A stretch of DNA of 63,833 nt from Eledone cirrhosa (lineage: Eukaryota), in the NCBI GenBank assembly GCA_964016885.1, contig OZ024742.1:108934001-108997833 (forward strand), read 5' to 3'. The translations under genes were made by a program, and so were the position numbers. Under the pieces are notes generated by a model that had not been told where the DNA came from, ran no database searches, and saw nothing but the letters and a program-made list of their open reading frames with translations. Below are positions 37,870-50,693 of this stretch, one piece after another; position 1 is the stretch's first letter, and each line of letters begins with the position of its first letter.

Positions 37870-40148
37870 CTACAATGCGAGGACCAAAAACGTGAGGTGT
37901 TCAGGATTGCTTGGCAATGTGTCAAGGAAACTGTGATATTGTTGGGGAGAAGTGTGTCCTTAACGATGATGGTGTACTTGCCATCACTGATGCTGATAAG
38001 AAGGTAGCTTGGAAGTGTCACTATGAAAGGCTACTAAATGAGGAGAATAAATGGGAGAAAGACAGTCTCCCCCACATCGATCCAATAGAGAGACCAGCAG
38101 TGTTAGTCGAAGGTAGTATAATAAGTAAGGCAATGAAAGATATGACGACGAGTAAGGCGGCTGGGCCTTCGGAAATAGTTGCTGAAATGCTGAAAGCTTC
38201 TGGAACGGTGGGACACACCATGGTCACCCGGATAGTAAACCAAGTCATACAGAATGGGGTTGTTCCGAAGGACTGGCATAGCAGCATCATCATTAACTGC
38301 TACAAGGGTAAAGGAGATGCCCTAGATAGGAGTAACTATAGAGGCATTAAATTAATCGACCAGGTCATGAAGGTCACAGAAAAAGTAATAGCGCAACTAA
38401 TCAGAGAGAGAATTGATCTAGATGAAATGCAGTTCGGGTTTGTGTCAGGTAAAAGTACCACAGATGCTCTTTTCATTGTACGACAACTACAGGAGAAGTA
38501 CCTAGCTAAAAGTAAACCCCTATACTTAGCTTTTGTCGACTTGGAGAAAGCCTTCGACAGAGTCCCCCATTCCATTATCTGGTGGGCTCTTAGAAAACTA
38601 GGTGTTGATGAATGGCTTGTGAGAGCTACACAAGCCATGTATAAAGAAAAAGTCAGCAAGGTTAGAATTAACAACGAATATAGTGAAGAGTTTAGCGTAA
38701 AAGTTGGTGTTCATCAGGGCTCCGTTCTTAGCCCCCTACTATTTATTATTGCCCTTCAGGCTATAACAGTGGAGTTCAAGACCGGCTGCCCATGGGAACT
38801 CCTATACGCAGATGATCTAACGCTCATAGCTGAATCAATGGCCGAACTAGAGAAGAAATTCCAAACATGGAAGCATGGCCTAGAATCAAAAGGCCTTAAA
38901 ATTAACCTGTCTAAGACTAAAGTTCTAGTTTGTAGGAAGGAAAATAGGGCACCGGTCCCATCCGGGAAATGGCCATGCTCAGTGTGTAGGAAAGGAGTAG
39001 GGAGAAACTCCATTTTATGTCCCAAATGCAAAGTATGGGTGCATAAAAGATGTAGTGGGATCACAGGTAAGCTAACTAAGAACATAGATTTTATATGTGG
39101 CCGGTGCTCTGGTGCAATAAGTAGCAGCAAGTGCCCACAGAATACTAGCTCATTCCATTGCACAGAGGGTTCTATAGAAATAGTGGACAGCTTCTGTTAC
39201 CTGGGTGACAAAATCAGCAGTGGTGGAGGGTGCTCTGAAAGTACAGTAGCTAGAGTCAGAACTGAATGGAAAAAGTTCAGAGAGCTTATACCACTATTAG
39301 CCGCTAAAGGGTCCTACTAAAAATGAAAGGCAGGCTGTATGATGCCTGCATATGAACAGCAATGTTACATGGCAGTGAGATCTGGGTATTGTGTAGAGGA
39401 TATACGCAGACTGGAGAGGAACGAAGCTTGCATGCTCCGCTGGATGTGTAATAGTAATATACATGAACGGCAAAGCTTAAACGAACTAAGGGAAAAATTA
39501 GAAATAAGGGGGATCAGATGTTGTCTACTCGAGAGAAGACTACGTTGATATAGTCACGTGATGCGCATGAAAGACGACAGCTGTATAAAAAAATGCAGGG
39601 CAATAAAAATAGACGGTAGCCATGGAGTAGGCAGACCCAGAAAAACCTGGGACGACTTGATAAATTCCGACCTCACACACTTACACCTCTCCAAGACAAT
39701 GTCACTGGACCGAGATCTTTGGCACTACACAGGAATACAGAAGACCCGCCTTACCTAAGTACAAAGTGAAACCTACTACAGTCAGTAGGCACCTCTAACA
39801 AAATACATCCCCGTTCGACTACCCCCACCCCATCCACACCACCCCTTTCAATGTAAAGTTATGTTGGTACCACAACATCCAGTCCGAAACAAATGAGGTC
39901 CTGTAGGTGTCACGACAAAAAAACACACAGTCTACGCTGTAATGTGGCCGTGTAGGTAACACGGTAAAAACCTCCCAGTCCACACTGTAAACGTGGTTGG
40001 TGTTAGGAAGGGCATCCAGCCATAGAAAACCCGCCAGTCAGTCCTATGCGAGCAAGACAACCACTCTTGCCTCAAGTGGGAAAACTCCCGTCCAAACCCA
40101 TGCAAGCGTGGAAGATGGACGTTAAACGATGATGATAATGATGATGAT
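37870..40148 (+). mobile_element. RTE LINE, 5'-truncated, relatively young, inserted in (TA)n
   Basis: 469-aa RT ORF, C-terminus RLR..HVMR...GRPRKTW, 3' UTR stem-loop motif, GTTAAAC(GAT)n tail and TA flanks. Confidence 0.95.
37911..39320 (+). pseudogene. RTE reverse transcriptase with a PHD-like zinc finger
   Basis: NYRGIKL, QFGF, FVDLEKAFDRVP, GVHQGSVLSPLLF, LYADDL and FCYLG, plus a C4HC3 motif; frameshift after LAAKG. Confidence 0.9.
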
Positions 40149-40156
40149 ATATATAT

Positions 40157-40575
40157 CCAACCCGCACTGTAAAGTGGTCATATAGGTCTCACCATAGAAG
40201 GTACCCAGCCCATACTGTAAAGTGGTCGTGCAGGAGTCACATCAAAAAGCACTCAGCCCTCACTGTAATTTGGTCGTGTAGGCATGACAACAAAAAGCAC
40301 CCAGTCCACACTATAAAGTGGTCATGTAAGTGTCACGACAAAAAGCACCCAGCTCACACTGTAAAGTGGTCGTGTAAGAGTCACAACAAAAAACACTTAG
40401 CACACAAGGTAAATGTGGTTGATGTTAGGAAGGGCATCCAGCTGTAATCTAGCCAGAAACAGTTTTATATGAGCAAGACACGATCACCTGACATGACTTG
40501 CCCCAAATGAGACAACCTGTCTAACCCATGCTAGCATGGAAAGTGGACGTTAAACGAGCATGATGATATTGATGA
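40157..40575 (+). mobile_element. RTE 3' UTR with ~44-bp internal tandem repeats
   Basis: CACTGTAAAGTGGTCGTGTAGG units repeated about 6 times, then the RTE 3' motif and tail. Confidence 0.8.
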
Positions 40576-40884
40576 TATATATATATATGTGTGTGTGTGT
40601 GTATATATTAGCAATATCACTAACATAGCGTGGTTTCATATGCAAAATTTCATATAAAATTTAGCTTATTCTTGTTCCAGTTATGAGTGAGAAAATGTCA
40701 TCAATGATGGCTAAAAACCCAGAAACAGCTGTCTGGCAATCTCACCAGCTACTGAGTTAACTGTGACTTGATCACAGCTTAAAATATTAATTGCAAGAAC
40801 CTTGTATGTTTATTATATATAAACATATCGTATATGCTTTCATATACATCCTATTATATATAAATATTATAAACATAAATATAT

Positions 40885-41980
40885 ACTAGCTCTTTCAATT
40901 GCGCAGAGGGTTCTATAGAAATAGTGGACAGCTTCCGTTACCTGGGTGACAAAATCAGCAGTGGGGGAGGGTGCTCCGAAAGTACAGGATGGAAAAAGTT
41001 CAGAGAGCTTATACCACTATTAGCCGCTAAAGGGTTCTCCCTAAAAATGAAAGGCAGGTTGTATGATGCCTGCATACGAACAGCAATGTTGCATGGCAGT
41101 GAGACCTGGGCATTGTGTGCAGAGGATATACGCAGACTAGAGAGGAACGAAGCTTGCATGCTCCGCTGGATGTGTAATAGTAATATACGTGAACGGCAAA
41201 GCATAAACAAACTAAGGAAAAAATTAAAAATAAGAGGGATCAGATGTTGTTTACTCGAGAGAAGGCTACGTTGGTATGGTCACGTGATGCGCATGAAAGA
41301 CGACAGCTGTATAACAAAGTGCAGGGCAATAAAGATAGATGGTAGCCACGGAGTAGGCAGACCCAGAGAAACCTGGGACGAGCTGATAAATTCCGACCTC
41401 ACACACTTACACCTCTCCAAGACAATGTCACTGGACCGAGACCTTTGGCGGTACTCAGTAATAGAGAAGACCCGCCTTACCTAAATACAAAGTAAAACCT
41501 ACTACAGTCAGTAGGCATCTCTAACAAAATACAACCCCCGTCCCACCACCCCCACCCCATCCACACCGCCCCGTTCAATGTAAAGTTATGTTGGTGCCAC
41601 AACATCCAGGCCGAAACAAATGAGATCGTGTAGGTGTCACGACAAAAAACACACAGTCCACGCTGTAATGTGGCCGTGTAGGCAACACGTTAAAAACCTC
41701 CCAGTCCCACACTGTAAATGTGGTTGGTGTTAGGAAGGGCATCCAGCTGTAGAAAACCCGCCAGACAGTCCATGCTGTAATGTGGCCGTGTAGGCAACAC
41801 GGTAAAAACCTCCCAGCCCCACACTGTAAATGTGGTTGGTGTTAGGAAGGGCATCCAGCTGTAGAAAACCCGCCAGACAGTCCTATGCGAGCAAGACAAC
41901 CACTCTTGCCTCAAGTGGGAAAACTCACGTCCAAACCCATGCAAGCGTGGAACATGGACGTTAAACGATGATGATGATGA
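40885..41980 (+). mobile_element. RTE LINE 3' fragment
   Basis: 186-aa ORF DSFRYLG...LHGSETW...RRLRWYGHVMR...GRPRETW, with a duplicated 3' UTR block. Confidence 0.9.
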
Positions 41981-41997
41981 TATATATTATATATATA

Positions 41998-42598
41998 TTG
42001 TTTACTCGAGAGAAGGCTGCGTTGGTATGGACACGTGATGCGCATGAAAGTCGATAGCTGTATAACAAAGTGCAGGGCAATAAAGATAGACGGTAGCCAC
42101 GGAATAGGCAGACCTAGAAAAACCTGGGATGAGCTGATAAACTCTGACCTCACACACTTACACCTCTCCAAGACAATGTCACTGGACCGAGACCTTTGGC
42201 GGTACTCAGTAACAGAGAAGACCCGCCTTGCCAGTAGGCATCTCTAACAAAATACACCCCGTCCCGCCACCACCCCCACCCCATCCACACTACCCCGTTC
42301 TATGTAAAGTTATGTTGGTGCCGCGCCATCCAGGCCGAAACAAATGAGATCGTGTAGGTGTCACGACAAAAAAAAACACACAGTCCACGCTGTAATGTGG
42401 CCGTGTAGGCAACACGGTAAAAACCTCCCAGACCCACACTGTAAATGTGGTTGGTGTTAGGAAGGGCATCCAACTGTAGAAAACCTGCCAGACAGTCCTA
42501 TGCGAGCAAGACAATCACTCTTGCCTCAAGTGGGACTACCCCCGTCCAAACCCATGCAAGCGTGGAACACGGACGTTAAACGTTGATGATGATGATGA
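41998..42598 (+). mobile_element. RTE LINE 3' fragment
   Basis: Near-identical to the 3' part of 40885-41980. Confidence 0.9.
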
Positions 42599-42605
42599 TA
42601 TATAT

Positions 42606-42660
<55 letters not shown>

Positions 42661-42664
42661 CAAA

Positions 42665-43301
42665 GTCTGCATGCTCCGATGGATGTGTAATAGTAATATA
42701 CGCTAACAGCAAAGCATAAACAAATTGAAAGAGAGACTGAGCATAAGAGGAATCAAATGCTGTGTGCAGGAGAGGAGGTTGTGTTGGTATGGACATGTGA
42801 TGCATATGAAGAATGACAGCTGCATAAAAAGGTGCAGAGCACTAGAAGTCGACGGAAGCTGTGGAGTGGGGAGACCCAAGAAGACCTGGGATGAGGTGAT
42901 AAAAGTCGACCTTACCCAATTGCACCTCTCAAAGGCGATGACACATGACTGTGACCTCTGGCGTCATGCAGTAATACAGAAGACCCGACTCCCCATGGGT
43001 ACAAGCTGAAGCATATAGACAATATGCCCCCACCCCCTCCCACTGCAAAGTGGACGTGTAGGCGCCACGGAAAAAAGCACCCAGCCCACACTGTAAAGTG
43101 GACGTGTAGGCGCCATGGAAAAAAGCACCCAGCACTCACTGTAAATGAGGTTGGTGTTAGGAAGAGCATCCAGCTGTAGAAATCAAGCCAGAATCAGTTC
43201 CTGTATGAGCAAGACAAGGTCAGCCGACCGGACACTGCCCACAACAAGACAACCCGTCTAACCCATGCTAGCATGGAAGAACGGACGTGAAACGATGATG
43301 A

Positions 43302-43305
<4 letters not shown>
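42665..43305 (+). mobile_element. RTE LINE 3' fragment (related subfamily)
   Basis: ERRLCWYGHVMH...GRPKKTWDEVIK and a (GAT)n tail. Confidence 0.9.
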
Positions 43306-43340
<35 letters not shown>

Positions 43341-43532
43341 AAAAGAGTCTCAGAACCCCGACGGCTGAGCTCCAGCCATTTCGACAGCTAGTTTTGAATG
43401 TTATGGTCCTTCATTATATATATATACGGATTGAGTTCAAATCCCGCCCAGGTTAACTTTGCCTTTCATCCTTACAGGGTCGATAAAAAAAGTACCAGTA
43501 ATAATTGCTGGCCTTGTGCCAAAAGTAGAAAC

Positions 43533-43568
<36 letters not shown>

Positions 43569-44084
43569 TGTAGAAAAGTAACACATGAGTTGATATATAT
43601 ATAAACAAATAGTAGAAAGGAAAAAGATTCTTTCAGTAGAAAATGTTGAAGAGATTTTTTTCAGTGAGATATCAAAACATAAATTTATTTGCAATACCGG
43701 TTTCAGCATTAAATGCATTGTCAATTGTGGATATGCAGAATATTGTGAAGTTGCATATTTGTACAAATAGTGATAATAATAATAAAGAAAATGAAAATAA
43801 AAAGGGGAAGAAAAATTAATTTTCACATACATATTCATTCAGAGAAGAGAGGTCATTTCTCTATCCATCCTACTCTGCTTATAGCTTGTATATATATATA
43901 TCATCATCATCATCATCATTTTACGTCCGCTTTTCCTTGCTTGCAAGGGTGGGACGGGAACTGATTCTGGCTTGATTTCTACAGCTGGATGTCCTTCCTA
44001 ATACCAACCTCATTTACAATGAGTGCTGGGTGCTTTTTTGCCGTCGCACCGCCACGACCACTTTGCAGTGGAATGATAGGGACC

Positions 44085-44245
44085 CCAGTCCCTATCATCT
44101 CATTTCTACAGCTGAGTAAACTGGAGCAATGTGAAATAAAGTGTCTTGCTCAAGGAAACAACAAACACATCACCCGGTCTGAGAATTGAACTCACAACCT
44201 TTCGATTGCAAGGCCAATGCTCTAACCACTAAGCCATGTGCCTCC
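44085..44245 (-). mobile_element. tRNA-derived SINE head
   Basis: Reverse complement reads GGCACATGGCTTAGTGGTTAGAGCATTGGCCTTGCAATCGAAAGGTTGTGAGTTCAATTCTC (A and B boxes) followed by TTGAGCAAGACACTT. Confidence 0.75.
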
Positions 44246-44417
44246 ATCATATATATATATATATCCATTTATGTTTGTTGGTTCACCACTGGATAGAACT
44301 GGTCATTCCGTATAGTCAACTTTGATGTAATATTAGGAAGAGCACTCGACGTAATGCAATGCATCTTCGTTTATGTTGAATCTTGGTGGCTGTGCAAGAA
44401 TGGAGTTAATTATTGAG

Positions 44418-44833
44418 TAAAATGACAGGAGGCTGGACTGGTGAAACTCTTTAAAGGTTTATTATACTATGAACATTTCAACGACCAGGTTCAGTATGAA
44501 TCCGGTAACATCATCAGGTATTTGAAATTTAACAAAGGAATATAATAGACACAATCCATGGGGCTGAAAAGGCCGAGAGACAAGAGGGCGGCCAAACATT
44601 TAGCAGTTTCCAGTCCGGTTGAGGGCAGCCAACCGGACTGGAAACTGTTAAATGTTTGGCCGCCCTCTTGTCTCTTGGCCTTTTCAGCCTCATGGATTGT
44701 GTCTATTATATTCCTTTGTTAAATTTCGAATACCTGATGATGTCACCGGATTCATACTGAACCTGGTCGTTGAAATGTTCATAGTATAATAAACCTTTAA
44801 GGAATTACACCAGTCCAGCTTCTTGTTATTTTA
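44418..44833. repeat. near-perfect 204-bp-arm inverted repeat (8-nt loop) of a PLE-like terminal sequence
   Basis: Arms 44418-44621 and 44630-44833; each arm carries a hammerhead motif. Confidence 0.9.
44730..44787 (+). ncRNA. minimal type I hammerhead ribozyme motif (mirror copy at 44464-44521, minus strand)
   Basis: ATAC-CTGATGA-[stem II ACCGG..TTCA/TGAA..CTGGT]-GAAA-TGTTCA-TA-GTAT; the base of stem II is imperfect. Confidence 0.6.
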
Positions 44834-45731
44834 TAATATATATATATATATACAAAATTAAATTAAGGGTGTCGTGTCTGAGAGACATACCCCATATCCA
44901 TGTGATTTGACTACTGTGATTTACCGATTGATGGTGAAATATATTTCTTTATTTGATGAAATATATACAAAGGAGATTAATCATTTTAAAAGGTATCTAT
45001 ATTTGAAGTTCTAGTTAAACTTTAATTGGTTACCTACCTAACTGTGCTTACACACTTTACAAATTATTCCCTGTGATTGTTTCATGTTTATTTTATATAT
45101 ATATATGTCAATCAATTTCTAGTTGATATATATATATACAATGATATTAAATAAATGGAAACTATATTTATAAAACCATATTTATTTTATTATATATATC
45201 CCTCATAACTCATTAACACATTTATCTATAACACGATATACCCATCTATCCATTTATTTATCTATTTATCTATTTATTGTTTTATTGATTTTTTTTCTAT
45301 TGATTTTTCTATCTATTTTTCTATCTATTTTTCTATCTATTTTTCTATCTATTTTTCTATCTATTTTTCTATCTACTTATAACAGTAAATATTATTTTAG
45401 AAAAGAATTTTAACAACTAATTAATTGTAAATACACGTACCATTAGTAGATATATACTTAAAATATATTCCCCCATACTAACGTTACATGAGTTCTATTC
45501 ATCCTCTTGTTAATTTCTTCTCTCTATCTCTCTCGTAATATTTTTTATTTTCTCTCTCTTTCTCCAGTATCATTTAAATAAACGGTTGTTTTTTAATTAT
45601 TTACTTATTCATTTGCATATTCACACATAAGTTTGAATAATCCCTAATATATTTCCACTATCCAGTGAATTTCCAACCGATAAGGTATGATTTTCATGGG
45701 TACGTCTCTATTTATAAAACAAATTTTGTAG

Positions 45732-45790
45732 TTTATCTGATGAAAGCATACCAATGTTGTCTTGGTTGCCCTTGAAATATATATAATAAA
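45732..45790 (+). ncRNA. minimal type I hammerhead ribozyme motif
   Basis: TTTAT-CTGATGA-AAGCA..CCAA/TTGG..TGCCCTT-GAAA-TATATA-TA-ATAAA; the downstream flank has an inverted copy at 45139-45197. Confidence 0.65.
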
Positions 45791-45927
45791 ATAAATATGG
45801 TTTTATAAATACAGTTTCCATTTATTTAATATCATTGAATATTTACTCCAGTAACTTGTTGAGTGCTCTAAATCAGTTATAAATATTTATGTTTGTCGGA
45901 CTTCCAACAAATTAAATACAACTTCTA

Positions 45928-45969
<42 letters not shown>

Positions 45970-46017
45970 AGAGTGTTAAAGTTTACTTGAAGTATTGTGG
46001 ACTATGAAAAATAGTCA

Positions 46018-46207
46018 TTTTGGAAGCCTCTACAATGCAGATGGGTAATCTCCGGGTAACAAAATCAGATGGCAGTATGAGGGGAAAGAGGTACGTCGGG
46101 GAAGGGAACAAAGTGTGGCCTTTCTTATCTGCCGTATGCGTACAATTACTGCCACCTGATTTTGTCACCCGGAGATTTACCCATCTGCATTGTAGAGGCT
46201 TCCAAAA
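46018..46207. repeat. foldback element with ~60-bp inverted arms
   Basis: 46018-46077 is the reverse complement of 46147-46207. Confidence 0.85.
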
Positions 46208-46549
46208 CATCTATTTATATATATATATATATTATACAAACTTAATGATATGACATATTATTGTGTTTGATGATTGTGTAACCTTTTCGGTTCTACTAAG
46301 ACAAATATGGAGACATGTCCTATCTTTATGCAAATTATAGTGAAAATATTCTGTTCTAAGACATATAAACACATTAATGCACACATGCTTACACACACAT
46401 CTACATACACCTACACACACACAAACTGTGCTCTAATTGGGAAGAAAAAAAACATGAGAATGATGAGGAATGGATTAGGAAAAAATCTGTTTCCATGGTT
46501 ACATCAGGATACCTTGTTAAATATTTAGACAGAATGTTCTTTAGTTTTT

Positions 46550-47080
46550 GACATCATCATCATCACCATCATCACTATCAACATCATCACCGCCATCATA
46601 ATTATCACCATCATCACAATAAATCATTGTCATCGTCCTAATCATCACTGCTATCATCATCATCGTCATCAATATCGCCATTACCATTACCATTATCCTT
46701 ATCATCATCATCATCATCATCATCAACATGATCATCACCATCATCATGATCATTACCATCATCATCATTATTATCATCACCATCATCATAATCCTCCAAA
46801 ACATCATTGTTATTATGTTTCTCCTTACGATAATCATTAACATCCTCTTCCACCTCCTAATCATAATTTTCCTAGTCATCCTCATCATCACCATAACAAT
46901 CATCAACATCACCAACATCATCATTGCTATCATCACCAACATAATTATCATAATTCTCCCTATCTTCCTTCTCACTCTCCTTATCATGTCCCTCCTTATT
47001 ATAATCATCATCATCCCCACCCCATCATTATCTTCATAATCATCACCATTGTCAGCATTAGCCTCATCATTATCATCACT
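46550..47080. repeat. degenerate (ATC)n tract
   Basis: Directly visible. Confidence 0.9.
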
Positions 47081-47449
47081 GCCATTGATAGAGTTGTTAG
47101 AGCATCAGTTAGTTGCTTAGCAGTATTTGTTCTGGTTCTTTATGTTCTGAGTTCACATTCTGCTGAGGTCAACGTTGCCTTTCATAATTCTGGGGTCAAT
47201 TAAATAAAATACCAGTTAAGTACTGGGGTCAATTTAGTTGACATTTCTCTCCCTTAATTGCTGGTCTTCAGCCTAAATAAAAGATCATCATCATTGTCAT
47301 TGTCGTCATCATCATCATCACTATCATTGTTTTATTAATGTCTATTTCACAATACTAACAATGGTTAGATAGCTCTGCTAAAAGATCATTGGCAGAATCA
47401 TTAGAAAATTGGCCAAAAGGCCTTGAAAAACTTTGTTCTAGCTTTTTAC

Positions 47450-48170
47450 ATTCTGCCAGGAGTTGCAGCCGACAGATCGTATCGGCAATTGAAAGACCAA
47501 TGGAAACACTCTTTCCTTGATCCAATCTGACTCCTTTCTTCTCGCCAGAAGTTGTGACCAGATAGTATCAACAATGAAAAAACTCTTAGAAATATTGATT
47601 CCTTGGTATGATCTAATGATCAGCATTTTCCTCTGCCAGGAATTGCAACCTTCAGATAGTATCAGCAATGGAGAAACATTGTTTCCTTTGTCAAATCTAA
47701 CAATTGATTGTTTTCTGCTGCCGTGAGTTGTGACCGGCAGAGAGTATTAGCAATGTAAAGAGCAATAGAAACATTATTTTCATAGTACAATCTGATGATC
47801 AACTCTTTCTTCTGCTAGAAGTTGTGACCAACAAATAGTATCAGCAATGGCCTGGTCTAACTATCAGCTTTCCTTTTCTCTGTCAAGAGTTGCAACTGCT
47901 AGATAGTATCAGCAATTGAAAGACCAATGGAAATATTGTTTTCTTGGTCTGATCTAACTATCAGCTTCTTTCCTTTTCTCTGTCAAGAGTTGCAACTGAT
48001 AGATAGTATCAGCAATTGAAAGACCAATTAAAGCATGGTTTCCTTGGCCCAATCTGATGGTTGGCTCCTTTCCTTTCTTCTGCTAGCAGTTGTGACCAGC
48101 AAATAATACAGCAATGGAAAGACTAATAGAACCATTGTTTCCTTGGTCTGATCTATCAGTCAGCTCTTTT
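47450..48170. repeat. degenerate ~90-100-bp minisatellite
   Basis: AGTTGYRAC...ATAGTATCAGCAAT...AAAGACCAAT units recur about 8 times. Confidence 0.75.
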
Positions 48171-48851
48171 TATATAAAAGAGCTGTAATAAATATTACAA
48201 GTTATCTGATCTAACACTTTAACAACCACTACTCTATACTAATACTCTATTTATTTACTCCAACAGCAACAATAACAAGTGTTTAAAGGCCATTTTCCCT
48301 GTTAAAACAGGTTATGCTAGCAAACCACATAACAGTCTACATTCTCATCATGGGAGAGGTGTCTTTTTTTAGACAATATTTTATAGCAGGATGCCCTTCC
48401 TCATACCCACCTCTTTTATCATCTTGTATGACACCCAGGGATACAGTGTAACTGTTTGAGACAAGATACATAGAGTATTTTTTTATCTATTTACCCCAAA
48501 AGGATAAAAGCAAAGTTGACTTTGGTGTGATTTGAACTCAGAATGTCAACAGTTGGAAGAAATATTACTGCTGTTCTAGTATATCTGCTAATTCACCGAT
48601 TCTATTAATAGTTCTTTCTTGTGCCCAATCTTAGAATATATCCAACATTAATTTGATTCTTGGCCAGCCTGTCAGCATTGGTGTAATGTCTTCATTTCTA
48701 CAGTCATGTAATCTCTTCATAATTGGATACATAATCTTCAATTAATATTTCAGGCTTCAGTTAATGATAATAATAATAATAATTGTTTCTACTTTTGGCA
48801 CAAGGCCAGCAATTATCCTAGTGCATTACTAATAATAATAATAATAATGCT

Positions 48852-49115
48852 TTCTTTATTAACCACAAGGGTTTACACAAAGTAGACATTAAGGACAGTA
48901 CAGGACAATACAGGACGGTACAAATGGGCATTTCTGTGTGTAAAAAACAAAAAAACAGAGGATGTAATAAAAGAACAATGAAAAATTCCCCAATAGGGGG
49001 GGAGACTTCCGAGGGCCATCGTGGAGAAAGCCCATTAAAAAAAGCCACGGTGACCCTGACCACCAGGGCAAGTGTCCTCTCCCAGTTTTCCACCTTCAAT
49101 TTACAGGCATATACT
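48852..49115 (-). mobile_element. Tx1/L1-family 3' UTR fragment within (TAA)n
   Basis: Reverse complement ends CCCTTGTGGTTAATAAAGAAA and contains CCCCCCTATTGGGGA, as in 34640-34868. Confidence 0.65.
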
Positions 49116-49189
49116 CAGAGTAATAATAATAATAATAATTGTTTCTACTTTTGGAACAAGGCCAGCAATTATTAATAATAATGATAATA

Positions 49190-49740
49190 ATGGTTTCTTA
49201 TATAGGCACAAGGTCAACATTTTGAAGGAGGAGAAAGTCTCTTAAATTGATCCCAATGCATTACTGGTACTTTATTTTATCGACCCCGTAAAGACGAAAG
49301 GCAAAGGTAAGCTTGGCAGGATTTGAACTGAGAACATAAAAGGTCATAACTCTATGTCACAATAATAATGGTTTCTGCTTTACGAATAAGGCCAACAATT
49401 TTTGGGGAGGGGCAAGTCAATCAAATCGACCCAAGTACGTTACTGGTGCTTTATTTTATCACCCTGTAAGGATGAAAAGCAAAGCTAACCTCAGCGGGAT
49501 TTGAACTCAGAACGTAAGGGGCCGTAACTCTATGCTACACAGCATATTTTCCGGTGCCCTACCAATACTGCCAATTCTGATAATAATAATAATAACAATG
49601 ATTTCTACTATAGGCACAAGGCCATCAATTTTGGGGGTTGAGGGGAAAGTTGATTAAATCAATCCCAGTGCATTACTGGTACTTTATTTTATCGACCCTG
49701 TAACGATTAAAGGCAAAGCTAACCTTGGCGGGATTTGAAT
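49190..49740 (-). mobile_element. cluster of three SINE copies
   Basis: Repeated TTACTGGTACTTTATTTTATCGACCC...GGCAAAG...GGATTTGAA separated by (TAA)n. Confidence 0.8.
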
Positions 49741-50129
49741 AGTGATAATAAGGGTGCCCAACAAATACACTACACATGCTGTTTTATTCAAGGGTAAGTT
49801 TTTGTCCAATTTTGCATATTTACACTAACTGTAAGGGACAAAGCAAACACTGTTATATTTTCCACATGGAATAGACTTCTGGAAGCCGTTCCAAAGTTTA
49901 TTTTCTAATTCCTTGAAAAATTTAAAAATGCCCCGTAAAAACAATAATGATGATTTTTTTTACTACAGAAAATAGTTTAATAACAGGGCATATAAGCCCC
50001 ATGAAGAGAATAAAATAGGCATCAGCACATGTTAGCGTCAAACTCACATATGTTTGTTTTACAAGACTGCTATCATTTACACCAGTGTGACTACCTATTT
50101 CTTTCCATTATATTTAGAATAGTTAATGG

Positions 50130-50163
<34 letters not shown>

Positions 50164-50446
50164 AGTAGTTCAGTAGATTCATGTTTTACTGAGGAAGGTA
50201 CCAAAACCAGTAGAGTCTATATATTAAAAACAAAGCGAGGTTTCACATTGAGCTCTTTATTGATTATACACAGTTATCATCGTTTTTCACAGATGAGTGG
50301 CTAGGATCTGTGTAAACGTTATATACCTTGATATATATATATATCATCATCATCATTTAATGTTTGTTTTCCCTGCTGGCAAGAGCTGAATGGGTAGCCA
50401 TAGTCCAAGTTAGTACTTAATTGAAGCTACTGTCTGCTTAGACTAG

Positions 50447-50486
<40 letters not shown>

Positions 50487-50693
50487 TCATCATCATCGTT
50501 TAACATCCATCTTCCACGCTAGCATGGGTTGGATGGGTTTGTCCCACTTGAAGCAAGATTGGTCGGGTGACCATGTCTCGCTCGTACAGAACTGTTTCTG
50601 GCAGGTTTTCTATGGTTGGATGCCCTTCGTAACACCAACTACATTTACAGTGTGAACTGGGACCCTTTATGTATATATATATATATCATCATC

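Noticed and set aside
44160-44245. tRNA-like sequence
   Set aside because: It continues into a SINE body and lacks a proper acceptor stem, so it is a SINE head and not a tRNA gene.
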